Assembly: GCA_963733295.1 (NCBI GenBank)
Contig: CAVTCS010000003.1
Location: 736,001 to 800,000, forward strand
Direction: 5' to 3'
DNA: 64,000 nucleotides
DNA from: Vulcanimicrobiota bacterium
Lineage (GTDB): Bacteria; Vulcanimicrobiota; Vulcanimicrobiia; Vulcanimicrobiales; Vulcanimicrobiaceae
Made by a program: the position numbers and the translations under genes. Shown here in pieces: positions 31,467 to 42,159 of the stretch (the stretch's first letter is position 1; the number at the start of each line of letters is the position of its first letter). The notes beneath the pieces are model-generated. The model worked only from the letters and a program-made list of their open reading frames with translations. It ran no database searches and was not told the DNA's origin.

Positions 31467-32543
31467 ATGACGACGGCAGAGGCGCCGGGCATCGACGAAA
31501 CCAAACTTCACGCGTTCGTCGGCAAAGCGCTCACAGACATGGGCGCGGCGATGAGCGCGTCGCTCACGGTCATCGGCGACAAGCTCGGCCTCTACAAAGC
31601 GCTCCACGAGTATGGTCCATTGAACTCGCCCGAACTGGCGGAACGCACCGGCACCCACGAGCGCTACGTGCGCGAGTGGCTGGCTGCGCAAGCCGCCGGC
31701 GGTTACGTCGAGTACGATCCGGAAACGCGCAGGTTCACGCTGCCGCCGGAGCAGGCACTCATGCTCGCAGACGAGACGAGCCCGCTGTACGTTCAAGGTG
31801 CGTTCCAGGTCATCGAAGCCGCGATCGCAGACGAGCCGCACATCGCCGACGCGTTCAAGACGGGCCGCGGCTTCGGCTGGCACGAACGCGACGCGCGCTT
31901 ATTCGAAGGCACCGAGCGTTTCTTCCAGCCCGGTTACAACGCGCACCTCATCGCCGAATGGATTCCGGCGCTCGGCGATGTCGACGCCAAGCTGCGCGCG
32001 GGCGCGAAGGTCGCGGACGTCGGCTGCGGCCTCGGCGCTTCGACGATCGTCATGGCCAAGGAATACCCGAAATCGACGTTCACCGGCTTTGATTACCATC
32101 AGAGTTCGATCGAGCTTGCTCGCGAGCGCGCGACGGCCGCGGACGTCGCAGAGACGGTCGGCTTCGGCGTTGCGAGCGCACAAGATTTCGCCGGAGGTCC
32201 GTACGACTTCATCGCCTGCTTCAATTGTCTCCACGACATGGGCGATCCGGTGGGCGGCGCCAAGCACATCCTCGCGCAAATCAAGCCCGGCGGCACGTGG
32301 CTGCTCGTCGAGCCCTACGCGAACGACAACCTCGAAGAGAACCTCAACCCCATCGGCCGCATTTTTTATGCAGCCTCGACGCTGCTGTCCACGCCCGCCT
32401 CCCTCTCGCAAAACGTCGGCCTCGCGCTCGGCGCACAGGCGGGTGAAGCGCGGCTGCGCGAGGTGGCGATCGAAGCCGGTTTCAGACGCTTCCGCCGCGC
32501 GGCGCAGACGCCGTTCAACCTCGTCTTCGAAATCCGACCCTAA
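31467..32543 (+). CDS. Class I SAM-dependent methyltransferase with N-terminal wHTH (Rv2258c-like)
   Basis: GDKLGLY, ERYVREWL, DVGCGLG, CLHDMGDP, LGAQAGE, TPFNLVFE. Confidence 0.93.
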   Translation: MTTAEAPGIDETKLHAFVGKALTDMGAAMSASLTVIGDKLGLYKALHEYGPLNSPELAERTGTHERYVREWLAAQAAGGYVEYDPETRRFTLPPEQALMLADETSPLYVQGAFQVIEAAIADEPHIADAFKTGRGFGWHERDARLFEGTERFFQPGYNAHLIAEWIPALGDVDAKLRAGAKVADVGCGLGASTIVMAKEYPKSTFTGFDYHQSSIELARERATAADVAETVGFGVASAQDFAGGPYDFIACFNCLHDMGDPVGGAKHILAQIKPGGTWLLVEPYANDNLEENLNPIGRIFYAASTLLSTPASLSQNVGLALGAQAGEARLREVAIEAGFRRFRRAAQTPFNLVFEIRP

Positions 32544-32581
32544 ACCTCGCGCTCGATGATGTCAGAAGGAAAGTGGTCAAC

Positions 32582-33337
32582 ATGAAGCTCTCCCTGCGAC
32601 TCTTCGGACACCCGCAAATTCATGTCGACGCGCGCCGGGTCGATGCGCCGCTGTGCGACCAGGCCTTGTTGCTCCTGGCGCTGTTGGCGACGCACAAGGG
32701 CGAAAGCTTACGTCGCGAACAGGTTGCGTTTACGCTCTGGCCGGACCTCAGCGAAAGCGATGCGCGGGCCGCGCTGCGGCGTCAGCTCTATACGTTGCAG
32801 CAGGTGTTGCCTGCTTCCGGCGAGCCGTGGATTTCTTCAACCAACAAGACGATCGGTTGGAGCCGCGCGACCGATACGTGGGTCGATGTCGTCGAATTCG
32901 AGCGTCTTTGCGAATCGCCCGAGACGTTCGCTGCCGCAGCGGAGCTGTATACCGGCGAATTCGCGCCATATCTCGATCACGAATGGGCTGCGGGCGTTCG
33001 CGAACGGCTTCGCTACAAACTGCGTCGCGTGCGCGAGACGCTCGTGCGGGACTACTGCGCGGAGCGCGACTACCTCAGGGCGCTCTTCCAGGTCGAGCAG
33101 TTGCTGCAAGACGATTCGTGGCGCGAGGACGCCGTCCGGCAGATGATGACGATTCGCTTTCGACTGGGCGATCGTGCCGGCGCACTCGCTTACTACCGGC
33201 GCTTCTGCGACCGCCTGAAAAAGGAGTTCGAAGTCGACCCAATGCCCGACACCAGCCGCTGCTACGACACGATCGCCCGCGGTCAACTCGAAAGCGCGTC
33301 GCTGTGGGATACGTTCGCGATAGGGTCCTGCGCTTAG
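32582..33337 (+). CDS. Stand-alone SARP-like (wHTH-BTAD) transcriptional regulator
   Basis: LRLFG, LWPD..ESDARAALR, VDVVEFE, REDAVRQMM; SD AAGGA; start at 32573 or 32582. Confidence 0.88.
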   Translation: MKLSLRLFGHPQIHVDARRVDAPLCDQALLLLALLATHKGESLRREQVAFTLWPDLSESDARAALRRQLYTLQQVLPASGEPWISSTNKTIGWSRATDTWVDVVEFERLCESPETFAAAAELYTGEFAPYLDHEWAAGVRERLRYKLRRVRETLVRDYCAERDYLRALFQVEQLLQDDSWREDAVRQMMTIRFRLGDRAGALAYYRRFCDRLKKEFEVDPMPDTSRCYDTIARGQLESASLWDTFAIGSCA

Positions 33338-33428
33338 TCGTCCCGGATCCGACGATCGGTTCCCCAAAAGTAAGCGGCGCCCGCCTAGCCGGCGAGGGAT
33401 CGCACTCCACCGGCAGAACGAACCGCCT

Positions 33429-34103
33429 ATGGTTGCGGCGTGCGCGTACCGTCTGCCGTTCCTGATAGCCGCCGCGCTGATCGCCGCGGCTTTTGGTGAT
33501 TGGTTCGTCGAGTCGATCTCGAATACCGGAATCTTCGGCGCCGCCTATCATGACGACAATCACCTCAGCGTTGTGCCGACGATGCTGGCGGGCCTGATCG
33601 TCGCCCTCGAGATCGCCGCGTTTCGCTTTCTGCAGGTCTGGCGCAGCGCACCAGGCAGATCCCGCAGTTGGATCGCCGGCGCTGCGTCGGACTTGACGAC
33701 GCACAAGCGGGTTGAAGATTTCGCCTGCGTCTTCGCGCTGCAGATCGCCGCCGTCTTCGTCATGGAGAATGCCGAACAAGTCCTCGCCGGCGGCAGACTG
33801 CTGGGCGGCACGGTTTGGCTCGGCGCACCCATCGCCGCGAGCCTCGCGCTGCACGCGCTCATCGGGTGGAGTTGCGTGCTCCTGCTCCGCAGGCTGATGC
33901 GGGTTCTGATAGACGCCTTCGTCTCACTCGCGCACATCGCGCTCGGATTCATCTTCATCGCGCGCGAGTGCGAAAGCTCCGGTCCGTTCGTTCGGCGCCG
34001 CCGGGATCCCGGGCGGCGCTCTGCTGTTTCCGCTCCCGCTCGGCACATCGGCGGCCGCGCTCCGCCCCTCCGTCCCGCAACGGCCTCAAGCTTCAACAGC
34101 TGA
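33429..34103 (+). CDS. Multi-pass membrane protein with C-terminal RAPP motif (putative arrest leader)
   Basis: About 4 TMs, YHDDNH, MENAEQ, ALH, then GGRAPP near the C-terminus; 36 bp upstream of the TBDR; start uncertain. Confidence 0.72.
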   Translation: MVAACAYRLPFLIAAALIAAAFGDWFVESISNTGIFGAAYHDDNHLSVVPTMLAGLIVALEIAAFRFLQVWRSAPGRSRSWIAGAASDLTTHKRVEDFACVFALQIAAVFVMENAEQVLAGGRLLGGTVWLGAPIAASLALHALIGWSCVLLLRRLMRVLIDAFVSLAHIALGFIFIARECESSGPFVRRRRDPGRRSAVSAPARHIGGRAPPLRPATASSFNS

Positions 34104-34109
34104 CGTTTC

Positions 34110-34128
34110 GAAGCGCGTTACGCGCTTC
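34110..34128 (+). promoter_or_regulatory. Perfect hairpin abutting the TBDR ribosome-binding site
   Basis: GAAGCGCG-TTA-CGCGCTTC directly before CGGAGGAG. Confidence 0.5.
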
Positions 34129-34139
34129 CGGAGGAGCCT

Positions 34140-36918
34140 TTGAAATCATCGCTGGGCGTGCTGGCGTTGTTCGCGTTTCTTTCCATTCCAGTGGTCGATC
34201 GAACTGCCGTCGCCCGCGCGGCCGAAGCGACGACCGGTGTCATCGTGGGGACCGTCGCCACGCGCGAGGGCGCGCCGATCGCGCATGCGACCGTCTCCGC
34301 AAGCTCGGCCTCCGGCCGATACGTGGCTCTCACCAACGCTCAAGGTCGCTTTGCAATGCTCGGCGTGGCACCCGGCAGCTACATCATCTCGGCTGAGGCA
34401 CCCGGCTACGAGCCGGTGACGACGCGCGACCTCCGCGTGCTCCCAGGTCAAGAACAGCACGTCTCGTTTACGCTTGCGCCGCAGCTGCGTAACATCGCGT
34501 CGGTTCGCGCCAGCGCCGGAGCATTCACGGTCGGTTCGACCAGCGACAAGTTCACCGTGAGCGGTGAAGCAGCTCTCGCGCAGTTTCCCACGACGTCGTC
34601 GGCCGGACTCGCGAGCTATTCGCAAGGCAGCGTGCAGGGCGCGATCGCAAACGTGCCGGGCGTCGACCTCGATTCGTTCGGAAACGCCGTTCTTCGCGCA
34701 GGCAGAGTCAGCGACGCTGCCTTCGAGTACAACTCGGTGGTGATCCCTCAGGGACTGATCGCGGAGCCCGGCGGAAACGTCGACGGCGCGCAGCTTCCCA
34801 CGACGGGAATCGCCTCGACGTCGGTCACGCTCGCGGGATACTCAAACGAGAGCGACAATGCGCTCGGCGGGGTCGTCAACCAAATCCCCGCCGTCGGCAC
34901 TTACCCCGGACGTGCAACGTTCGAGGCCGGCCTGGCCGCCGGCACGCAATACCAGTTCGCCAACTTGCAGATCCTCGGTGCAACCCCCGACTTGAAATGG
35001 CGTTACGCCTTGGCGAGCACCCTCGGCAGCGAATACTTCCAATATGGAAACGGCACGACGTTCTATCCCTCGGAAGCCGGTACGTACGGCCTAGCGCTGC
35101 AGTCGCGCGGACAGTACTCGGTGGAATCCAACGTGCATGACCTCGTGACGCCCAAAGACGACGTCTCGATCTTGGCGCTCGTCGGACAAGCGACATACAA
35201 TCAGTACGGTTCACCCTTTGCGGGCGAAACGGTCGGCCAATTCAACGGCCCCACAACGAGCTTTCCGGGATCGACGAACCCCAATGCGCCGGTCGACTAT
35301 TCGGCCGGCGTGCGCGGCAACTTCGACGTTCTCATGGCGCAATGGCAGCACACGAGCGGCCTCCTTCTCTCCCGGCTGCAGCTCTATCAGACACAGTACG
35401 GATCGTCGGCGGGCGGGCCGTTCTGGGACGAGAACGGTTTTCCGGACGGGTCGATCTCACTTTCGGAGGTCTCGGCGCAGCGGCAGAACGGAGTCAATCT
35501 CGACAACGAAGGTCTCTTTGGGCCGCACCACGTGCTTTTCGGCGCAGAATTTCGGGCCAATACCTCGTACCTCGATCAAGTCGTCCCAACGGCGGACGAA
35601 TTCATCACCTCGAATCCGACGATCGTTTCGTATCTAGTCTACCTTGGTGACAGGTGGGCCGCCTCCAACCGGCTCGAACTCATGGGAACGGCGCGGATCA
35701 CGAACTCGCACGTCATGCCGAGCGATGGCTTCGCTTACGATGCCGGCGCCATCGATCCTCACTTTGGCGCATCGTACCGGCTGGGAACGCAATATGCGCT
35801 GCGAGCAAACTACGATCGCATAACCGTCGCGCCGGCGCCTCTGGAAGCCGACCGGACGGACTCGACGAACCTCGATCAAAACGGTAATCCGGCGCCCTTC
35901 GTTCCGCTGGCTCCCGAAACGGCGAACGACTTCACCTACTCGTTCGAAGGTGGTGGACGGACGCAGTTCCGCTTGACCTACTATCAGAAGTTCGAGAAGG
36001 ACCTGATCGACGTTCTTCCGTTCAATTTCCGCTCGGAAGTTGCGGCGGGTCTCAATCCCACCGGCGTCGGCGTCCCCACGAACGTCGGACAATTGCATGC
36101 GAACGGGCTCGAGCTCTACCTCAAGAACGGCGGCTTCGCCTTCGACGGCAACCTTGATCCGCGCGTTCTCGTCGAGCGCGTCACAGTTTGCGTACAACGA
36201 CCTCAACGCTCCCGCAGTCGCCGCAAATCACCTCTTTCCGGTCAGCTACGAACCCGATTTCACCGCCGAGCTTTCCTACGAGTTCACGGCTGCGCGCAGA
36301 CGCATACGAATCACGCCCTCGCTGTCCTACGCGACCGGCTATCCCTACGGGAACGGCAAAATGGTCTACGTCTTCAATCCCGCGACGAACAAGCCGATCC
36401 AGGTTCCCAACGACAATTACGTCAACCCGGGGGCGAACTACTATTTCCTTGCGAACCCGTCGGAACCGTACAACGCGCAGACGAATCCCTACATCGGAAA
36501 TATGGGTACGAACGAGGGCAACGATCCGAACACGCTGCGTTCGACGCCGCAGATCTTCGCGAACCTTCACGTCGAGGGAACGATCGCGCCGCGCCTCACC
36601 GCCATACTGGACATCGCGAACATCTTGGGGAACTTCTCGCCGACGGCGTATCAGAACAATCCCTACCTCATCGGCCCGCCGGGCTATAAGGGAGGAAACG
36701 CGACCTACGCCAACTGCTACGGCCAGATTCTGGCAGGTAACGTGCCCTGCGCGCCCGGCTTACCGGCTGGGATAACGCCCTACAAGCTTGGCAACGGAGT
36801 GCCGACTAACGACGGCGTGACGCAAGCCGTGCCCTGGACCTACGGCACCGCCGGCTACGTTCCGCAGAGCTGGCCGATAGGTCGAACCTTCCAGCTGCGG
36901 TTGCGCTATTTGCTTTGA
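34140..36918 (+). CDS. TonB-dependent receptor-like outer membrane protein, +1 frameshift near 36153
   Basis: Signal peptide, carboxypeptidase-regulatory-like domain (GVAPGSY), LGGVVNQ, DPHFG, LAPE; continues in the 36040 frame to GRTFQLRLRYLL; SD GGAGG. Confidence 0.85.
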
Positions 36919-36921
36919 GCG

Positions 36922-37398
36922 CTAAGGGATCACGCAGTCCTCGTTCCGGATCGGATACCACGTCCCAAAAACGCGATCGTGAACCCGAGCGTCGCTGCCG
37001 TCCCTTTGGTCGAATTCGACGTAGCGAAAAGAGAAGCTAAAAATCGTCAGCGGAAGCAAGAGCGCGCATATCGTCCACATGCGAGGCGCGTTGTAGTAGT
37101 GTTGTGAGATCGTCTCTCGAAAGTCTTGCGTCCACTGTGAAATGCCACCGGGCTTTTTTTCCAGGAGGTCGTTGATCAACGACGGGACCGTACCGCACAA
37201 CACAAACAGCGGCGGCAACGCGAGGATCATCCAAGTAGCACGAAGCCATTCCACGTCGCAGGTTCCGGACGGACCCAGGACGATCGGATAGGCGAGAGCA
37301 GCGGCCCAGACGCACAGGAACGTGCCCTCGTACTTGTCGAGCCAGCGTTTCGAACGACTCCTGCCCACCACGCGATCGGGGAAGTGGCTCTCCTGCAC
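36922..37398 (-). CDS. Hypothetical membrane protein
   Basis: Three hydrophobic segments; SD GGAGG before GTG; lower GC. Confidence 0.55.
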   Translation of the reverse strand: MQESHFPDRVVGRSRSKRWLDKYEGTFLCVWAAALAYPIVLGPSGTCDVEWLRATWMILALPPLFVLCGTVPSLINDLLEKKPGGISQWTQDFRETISQHYYNAPRMWTICALLLPLTIFSFSFRYVEFDQRDGSDARVHDRVFGTWYPIRNEDCVIP

Positions 37399-37573
37399 GA
37401 GCGGCCCTCCTAGCCATTTTATCGGCAGCGGGACACCTGGCCGGAGTCGATTTTAAGGGATCGCACTCACACCGTCGCCCCGAGCGCGCATTCCGGCGAA
37501 CGAAAAGGTAGGCACGAAGGCGTGGGCAAACGCAGAACGCCAACTCGGAGGTCACTATCACAAAACAGCTGCG

Positions 37574-38335
37574 TTGCGCTTTCTAAAAGAGCGCGCTTCT
37601 GCTCGCACGCCATGGTGGCCGTACCCGGGAGCAGTCGCTTTTCTGGCTGCACTTGCCGCTGTGATGATGCCGCTCGCCGGACCTGCCGATCAGACCGAGG
37701 TCGGCATTTCGGTCGGCCCGTTGATCGGAGTGCACGAAGAACCAGGCGAACTCTCGCACATTCCGCCGGTTCCGATCCCAATTCTCCAAGCATCGCAGCG
37801 CTTCGGTGCGTTCAAGGTAACGCTCGAAGGCTTTCCGGTCGCTCCCCAAATCGTCGAGACTAACTCGACGCAAACCCTGACGACCAACCTCGCGTTTTTC
37901 GACGGGGTTGCGACCGTTGACGTTTTGAAGGGACGGATGGCGTTCGGCGCCGGCGAGTTGATCTACAATCAGGCGACGCTCTATCAGCCGCCGGGTTTCT
38001 ACGTCTCCTCGCGGGTCGTTGGCGGCCGCTACGAAGTCGGTGGCCTGCCGCTTCGGGATCGTCGCTTTCGGATCGCGCTCGACTTCATGCCGGTGCTCGT
38101 CGCCGACGTCGCGTATCGGACCAAAACGAACCCCACGCCGTACGCCACGACGCCCGAGCGCGGCTCACAATTCGAGGCCCGCGCGACGTACGACGTGCCG
38201 CGAGGCAAGAACGTCCTGCGCTTCGGTCTGCGTTATATCAACTACGTTTCAACTCTGATCGAGAAGGGCGTACTCGCCGACCGCAACACGGGAGTGATTC
38301 CATCGGTCGGTTACTACTGGCGGATCGGACGCTAA
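37574..38335 (+). CDS. Hypothetical exported protein, possible small outer-membrane beta-barrel
   Basis: Signal-like segment; alternating beta pattern; aromatic C-terminal strand VGYYWRIGR; start uncertain. Confidence 0.6.
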   Translation: MRFLKERASARTPWWPYPGAVAFLAALAAVMMPLAGPADQTEVGISVGPLIGVHEEPGELSHIPPVPIPILQASQRFGAFKVTLEGFPVAPQIVETNSTQTLTTNLAFFDGVATVDVLKGRMAFGAGELIYNQATLYQPPGFYVSSRVVGGRYEVGGLPLRDRRFRIALDFMPVLVADVAYRTKTNPTPYATTPERGSQFEARATYDVPRGKNVLRFGLRYINYVSTLIEKGVLADRNTGVIPSVGYYWRIGR

Positions 38336-38351
38336 AAACTCGGCTCGTTTT

Positions 38352-41300
38352 CTAGGAATCGTCGGTTTCTTCGACCGCTGGGACGCGCATCCGCACCGGA
38401 CGGCCGCCGTTCGGGAAGACTACCACGATGCTGCCGTCGGAAGCGCGCTCGATCGTCGGCGGGCCACCGACGTGAACGGCAGGCGGCCGCCGGCGCGTGA
38501 ACCGCTCGCGAAGCCGAACGATCACGACGTACAACACCGGAACGAACGTCAGGTTCAGGATCGTCGCGAAGATCATGCCGCCCAGCAACGTCGTCCCGAG
38601 CGAGCGGCGGCTCGTGCTTCCGGCGCCGTTTGCGAACACTAAGGGCAGAATCGCGAAGATGAACGCGAGCGAGGTCATAAGGATCGGCCGGAAGCGCGTT
38701 TCCGCGGCCTCGATCGCGGCGTGCACGAGATCGGTTCCGCGAGCTCGAAGCTGGTTGGCGAACTCGACGATCAAGATACCGTTCTTGCTCGCGAGGCCGA
38801 TGAGCATGACGAAACCGACCTGCGCGTAGACGTCGCTTACGTATCCGCGCAAGCGCAGCGCCAGCAGCGCACCGAAGACCGAAAGCGGTACGGACATAAG
38901 AATCGTCAAGGGATCGGTCAGGCTCTCGTATTTCGCGGCTAAGACGAGAAAGACGACCACGACGCCTAACACGAAGACGAGCGCTCCCTGCGAGCCGCCG
39001 GCGAGCGCTTCGAGGGAAAGTCCCGACCATTCGTACTTCATGCCCGGCGGCAGCGTGCGTAGCGCGATCGCCTGCATGGCCTCCAACGCTTGGCCGGAAC
39101 CGTAACCCGGTTTCGCAACCCCATTGAGCTCGACGGACCGGAAGAGATTGTAATGCGTGATGATCGGTGCGGTCCGCTCTCGCGAAATATCGATCAGGGT
39201 CGAGAGCGGAATGGTCGCGCCCGTCGACGAGCGGACGTAGATGCTGCTGAGATTGTCGAGTCGCGCCCGGTAGGGTGCATCGGCCTGCACGTAGACGCGA
39301 TACGCGCGGTTCTGGAAATCGAAGTCGTTCACGTACAGCGAGCCGAGCGAGATCTGCAATGCGTCGGCGATGTTCTGCAGCGGCACCCCGAGGGTCGCCG
39401 CCTTCTGGCGATTAATGTCGGCGACGAATTGAGGCGCGTCGTTGCGGAAACTCGTCGAAGCGTACGACAGGACGGGATCCTGGCCGGCGGCAGCAATCAG
39501 CTTGCCGCTCGTGGTCGCCAGGGCGCCGAAGCCCTGGTTCGCGCGGTCCTCGAGCTCGAACTGAAATCCTGCGACGTTCGGAAAGCCCTGGATGGCGGGT
39601 GGTCCGAACACGAACACCTGCGCTTCGGGAATCTGGGCCAGCTGCGGCCGCAGCCTTGCGAGAAGGCCGTTGAGCTTCTGCTCCGGCCTTTGGCGCTCGC
39701 CCCAGGGCCGCAGGCCGGCGAAGGCCAGCGCGCGGTTCGCGCCGTTTCCGCCGAAGTCGCGTCCGCTGACTTGGAAAACGTCGGACACTTCGGGCATCGC
39801 CAGCATCAGCTTTGCGACCTTGTCGATAGCGCGGCTGGTTTGTACCAGGGAAGCATCTTCGGGCAGCTGCAGGGTAGCGAAGAAGTAGCCGTTGTCCTCG
39901 TCGGGTAGAAAGCTTGTCGGCGCCGTCTTCTGGAGCAGCACCGTACCGCCGAGTCCGAGGACGAACACCGCGACGACGACGTGCCGTCCGCGCACGAGAA
40001 CCGGCAAGAGGCGCGCGTACGCCGCTCGAACGGCGTCGATCGCCGCGTTGATCGGCCGGAAGAACGGATGGTGCTTTTCCTCGGGGGAAAGAAAGAGCCG
40101 CGACAGCACGGGCGTCAGAGTCAGCGCAATAAAAAGCGAAATGAGCACCGAGCCCGCGATCGTCAAGGCAAACTGCCGGTAGAGCAGGCCGGTCGTTCCG
40201 GGGAAGAACGCCACCGGAACGAAAACCGCGAACAGCACCAAGGAGCTCGCGACGACGGCTGCAGTGATTTCGTCCATCGCGGCGATCGCGCCGGGAAGCG
40301 GCGCCATCTTCTTTGTTTGGATGAAGCGCGCGATGTTCTCGATCACGACGATCGCGTCGTCGACGACGAGTCCGGTCGCCAACGTCAGTCCGAACATCGT
40401 CAACGTGTTGATCGAAAACCCAAGTGCCTTCATTATCGCGAAGGTACCGATCAGCGAGATCGGGATGGTCATGACCGGTACCAGCGTCGTACGTGGATCC
40501 TGAAGGAAGATGAAGACCACCAGCACGACGAGCACGATCGACAAGGACAGCGTTATGAGAACTTCCTTGAGCGACTCCGTGACGAACAACGTTGCGTCGA
40601 AAGCGACCTTGGCATCGACTCCCGGCGGGAAGTCGCGCCGATAGACGTCCATCGCCGCTCGCACGGCCTTGGCGACGTCGAGCGCGTTCGCCGTCGGCAG
40701 CGCTTGGATGCCGATTCCGACGGCCGTCCTGCCGTCGAAGCGCACGCTCTGCAGGTAGCTTTCCGCGCCGAGCTCGACGCGGCCCACGTCGCGGAAGCGC
40801 ACGTAGCCTCCGTCCGGCAACGCCCGTAAGAGGAGATTGCCGAACTGCTCGGGCGTCGTCAGACGACCGACGGCCCGGATGTTGATGTGAAACGGCTGGT
40901 CGTTTGCCGACGGGGCGTCGCCCAGGGCCCCGGCTGCGATCTGCACGTTCTGCTGGGCCAGGGCGTTGACGACATCGTCGTTGGAGAGACTGTAGTCGGC
41001 GAGCCGCTTCGGATCGACCCAGAGACGCATCGCATACTTGCGCTCGCCAAAGACGATCACGTTGCTGACGCCCGGAATGCGCTTGAGCGAGTCGACGATG
41101 TTGAGGTCGACGTAGTTGCTCAGGAACAGGGTGTTGTATTTCGGGTTGGTCGACGAGAAACCGTACGCCATCACGAACGTGCCCGCGTTCTTGGTGACGG
41201 TGACGCCCGCCAAAGTAACCGCGCTGGGCAACCGCGCGCTCGCCGTGCCGACCGCGTTCTGAACGTCGGAAGCTGCGATGTCGAGATTCTTGCCCAGATC

Positions 41301-41582
41301 GAAGGTGCAGAGGATCGTGCTCGTTCCGTCGCTCGAACTCGTCGACGAAATGTAGCGTAGGCCGTCGACGCCGTTGATCGCTTCCTCGAGCGGCGTCGTC
41401 ACCGACGATTCCACGGCGGCCGCGGTCGCGCCGGTGTACGTCGAGGTAACCGTGACGACGGGCGGCGTGATCTTAGGAAATTGCGCGATCGGCAACGTCG
41501 GGATCACGACGACGCCCATGAGCAAGATCGAGAATGAGCAGACGAGCGCGAAGATCGGTCGTTCGAGGAAAAAGCGAATCAA
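38352..41582 (-). CDS. RND efflux permease (HAE1/AcrB-like)
   Basis: FFLERPIFA, GLVVDDAIVVIEN, ASKNGILIVEFA, RFRPILMTS; TTG start with SD GAGG. Confidence 0.96.
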   Translation of the reverse strand: MIRFFLERPIFALVCSFSILLMGVVVIPTLPIAQFPKITPPVVTVTSTYTGATAAAVESSVTTPLEEAINGVDGLRYISSTSSSDGTSTILCTFDLGKNLDIAASDVQNAVGTASARLPSAVTLAGVTVTKNAGTFVMAYGFSSTNPKYNTLFLSNYVDLNIVDSLKRIPGVSNVIVFGERKYAMRLWVDPKRLADYSLSNDDVVNALAQQNVQIAAGALGDAPSANDQPFHINIRAVGRLTTPEQFGNLLLRALPDGGYVRFRDVGRVELGAESYLQSVRFDGRTAVGIGIQALPTANALDVAKAVRAAMDVYRRDFPPGVDAKVAFDATLFVTESLKEVLITLSLSIVLVVLVVFIFLQDPRTTLVPVMTIPISLIGTFAIMKALGFSINTLTMFGLTLATGLVVDDAIVVIENIARFIQTKKMAPLPGAIAAMDEITAAVVASSLVLFAVFVPVAFFPGTTGLLYRQFALTIAGSVLISLFIALTLTPVLSRLFLSPEEKHHPFFRPINAAIDAVRAAYARLLPVLVRGRHVVVAVFVLGLGGTVLLQKTAPTSFLPDEDNGYFFATLQLPEDASLVQTSRAIDKVAKLMLAMPEVSDVFQVSGRDFGGNGANRALAFAGLRPWGERQRPEQKLNGLLARLRPQLAQIPEAQVFVFGPPAIQGFPNVAGFQFELEDRANQGFGALATTSGKLIAAAGQDPVLSYASTSFRNDAPQFVADINRQKAATLGVPLQNIADALQISLGSLYVNDFDFQNRAYRVYVQADAPYRARLDNLSSIYVRSSTGATIPLSTLIDISRERTAPIITHYNLFRSVELNGVAKPGYGSGQALEAMQAIALRTLPPGMKYEWSGLSLEALAGGSQGALVFVLGVVVVFLVLAAKYESLTDPLTILMSVPLSVFGALLALRLRGYVSDVYAQVGFVMLIGLASKNGILIVEFANQLRARGTDLVHAAIEAAETRFRPILMTSLAFIFAILPLVFANGAGSTSRRSLGTTLLGGMIFATILNLTFVPVLYVVIVRLRERFTRRRPPAVHVGGPPTIERASDGSIVVVFPNGGRPVRMRVPAVEETDDS

Positions 41583-41757
41583 CGAGGTCCTCTTCTTCGC
41601 ACGTTCTCGCACTCTTCTGGGGACGGCGCGCGTCCGGACCCTCCTCGAGAAAAAGCACCGGCCGAGACCCGGCTGTGATGCCCGCGCGCCCGCAAAATCG
41701 TGCCCGATGTGTCAAGCGGCGGGGGCGTCGAACCGATATGTCGGTCAGGAGGGTTTG

Positions 41758-42159
41758 GTGACCGATCACCTCGACGCTAGGCAGTTCATCTCGGTCCTGC
41801 TCGAACGCGCAGACCAGCAGCTTTCGCGCGACGTCGGTCGCCCCTTCGTCGTCGATCAAAACACGGCGAAGCCGTCCATGCGCTGGGATCCGCCAAGGGA
41901 ACACAACCGGCGTGAAACGGAAATTCTGGCACTCCAGAGAGCCGGGCTCGCGGCTCGCGGCGTCACCCTCTGCGCGGCGTCCGATGGCCGGTGCGTCGAA
42001 ATCGCGTTCTGGCGCAATGCGCCGAAGTTCGAACGGATCGAAGAAATCTGCGATCCGGCCGCCCAGGACTCCGACCAGCAACTCGCGCGCGCGGTCCAAG
42101 CCGTGTACGACCACCTCGCGACCGGCGAGCACAAGCCGATCGTGGGAGCTGAGGCATGA
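41758..42159 (+). CDS. Hypothetical protein
   Basis: SD AGGAGG before GTG; ATGA coupling to the next gene. Confidence 0.6.
   Translation: MTDHLDARQFISVLLERADQQLSRDVGRPFVVDQNTAKPSMRWDPPREHNRRETEILALQRAGLAARGVTLCAASDGRCVEIAFWRNAPKFERIEEICDPAAQDSDQQLARAVQAVYDHLATGEHKPIVGAEA

Noticed and set aside
36160..36689. C-terminal 170 aa of the 849-aa ORF at 34140
   Set aside because: Out-of-frame read-through after the frameshift; the true sequence continues in the 36040-36918 frame.
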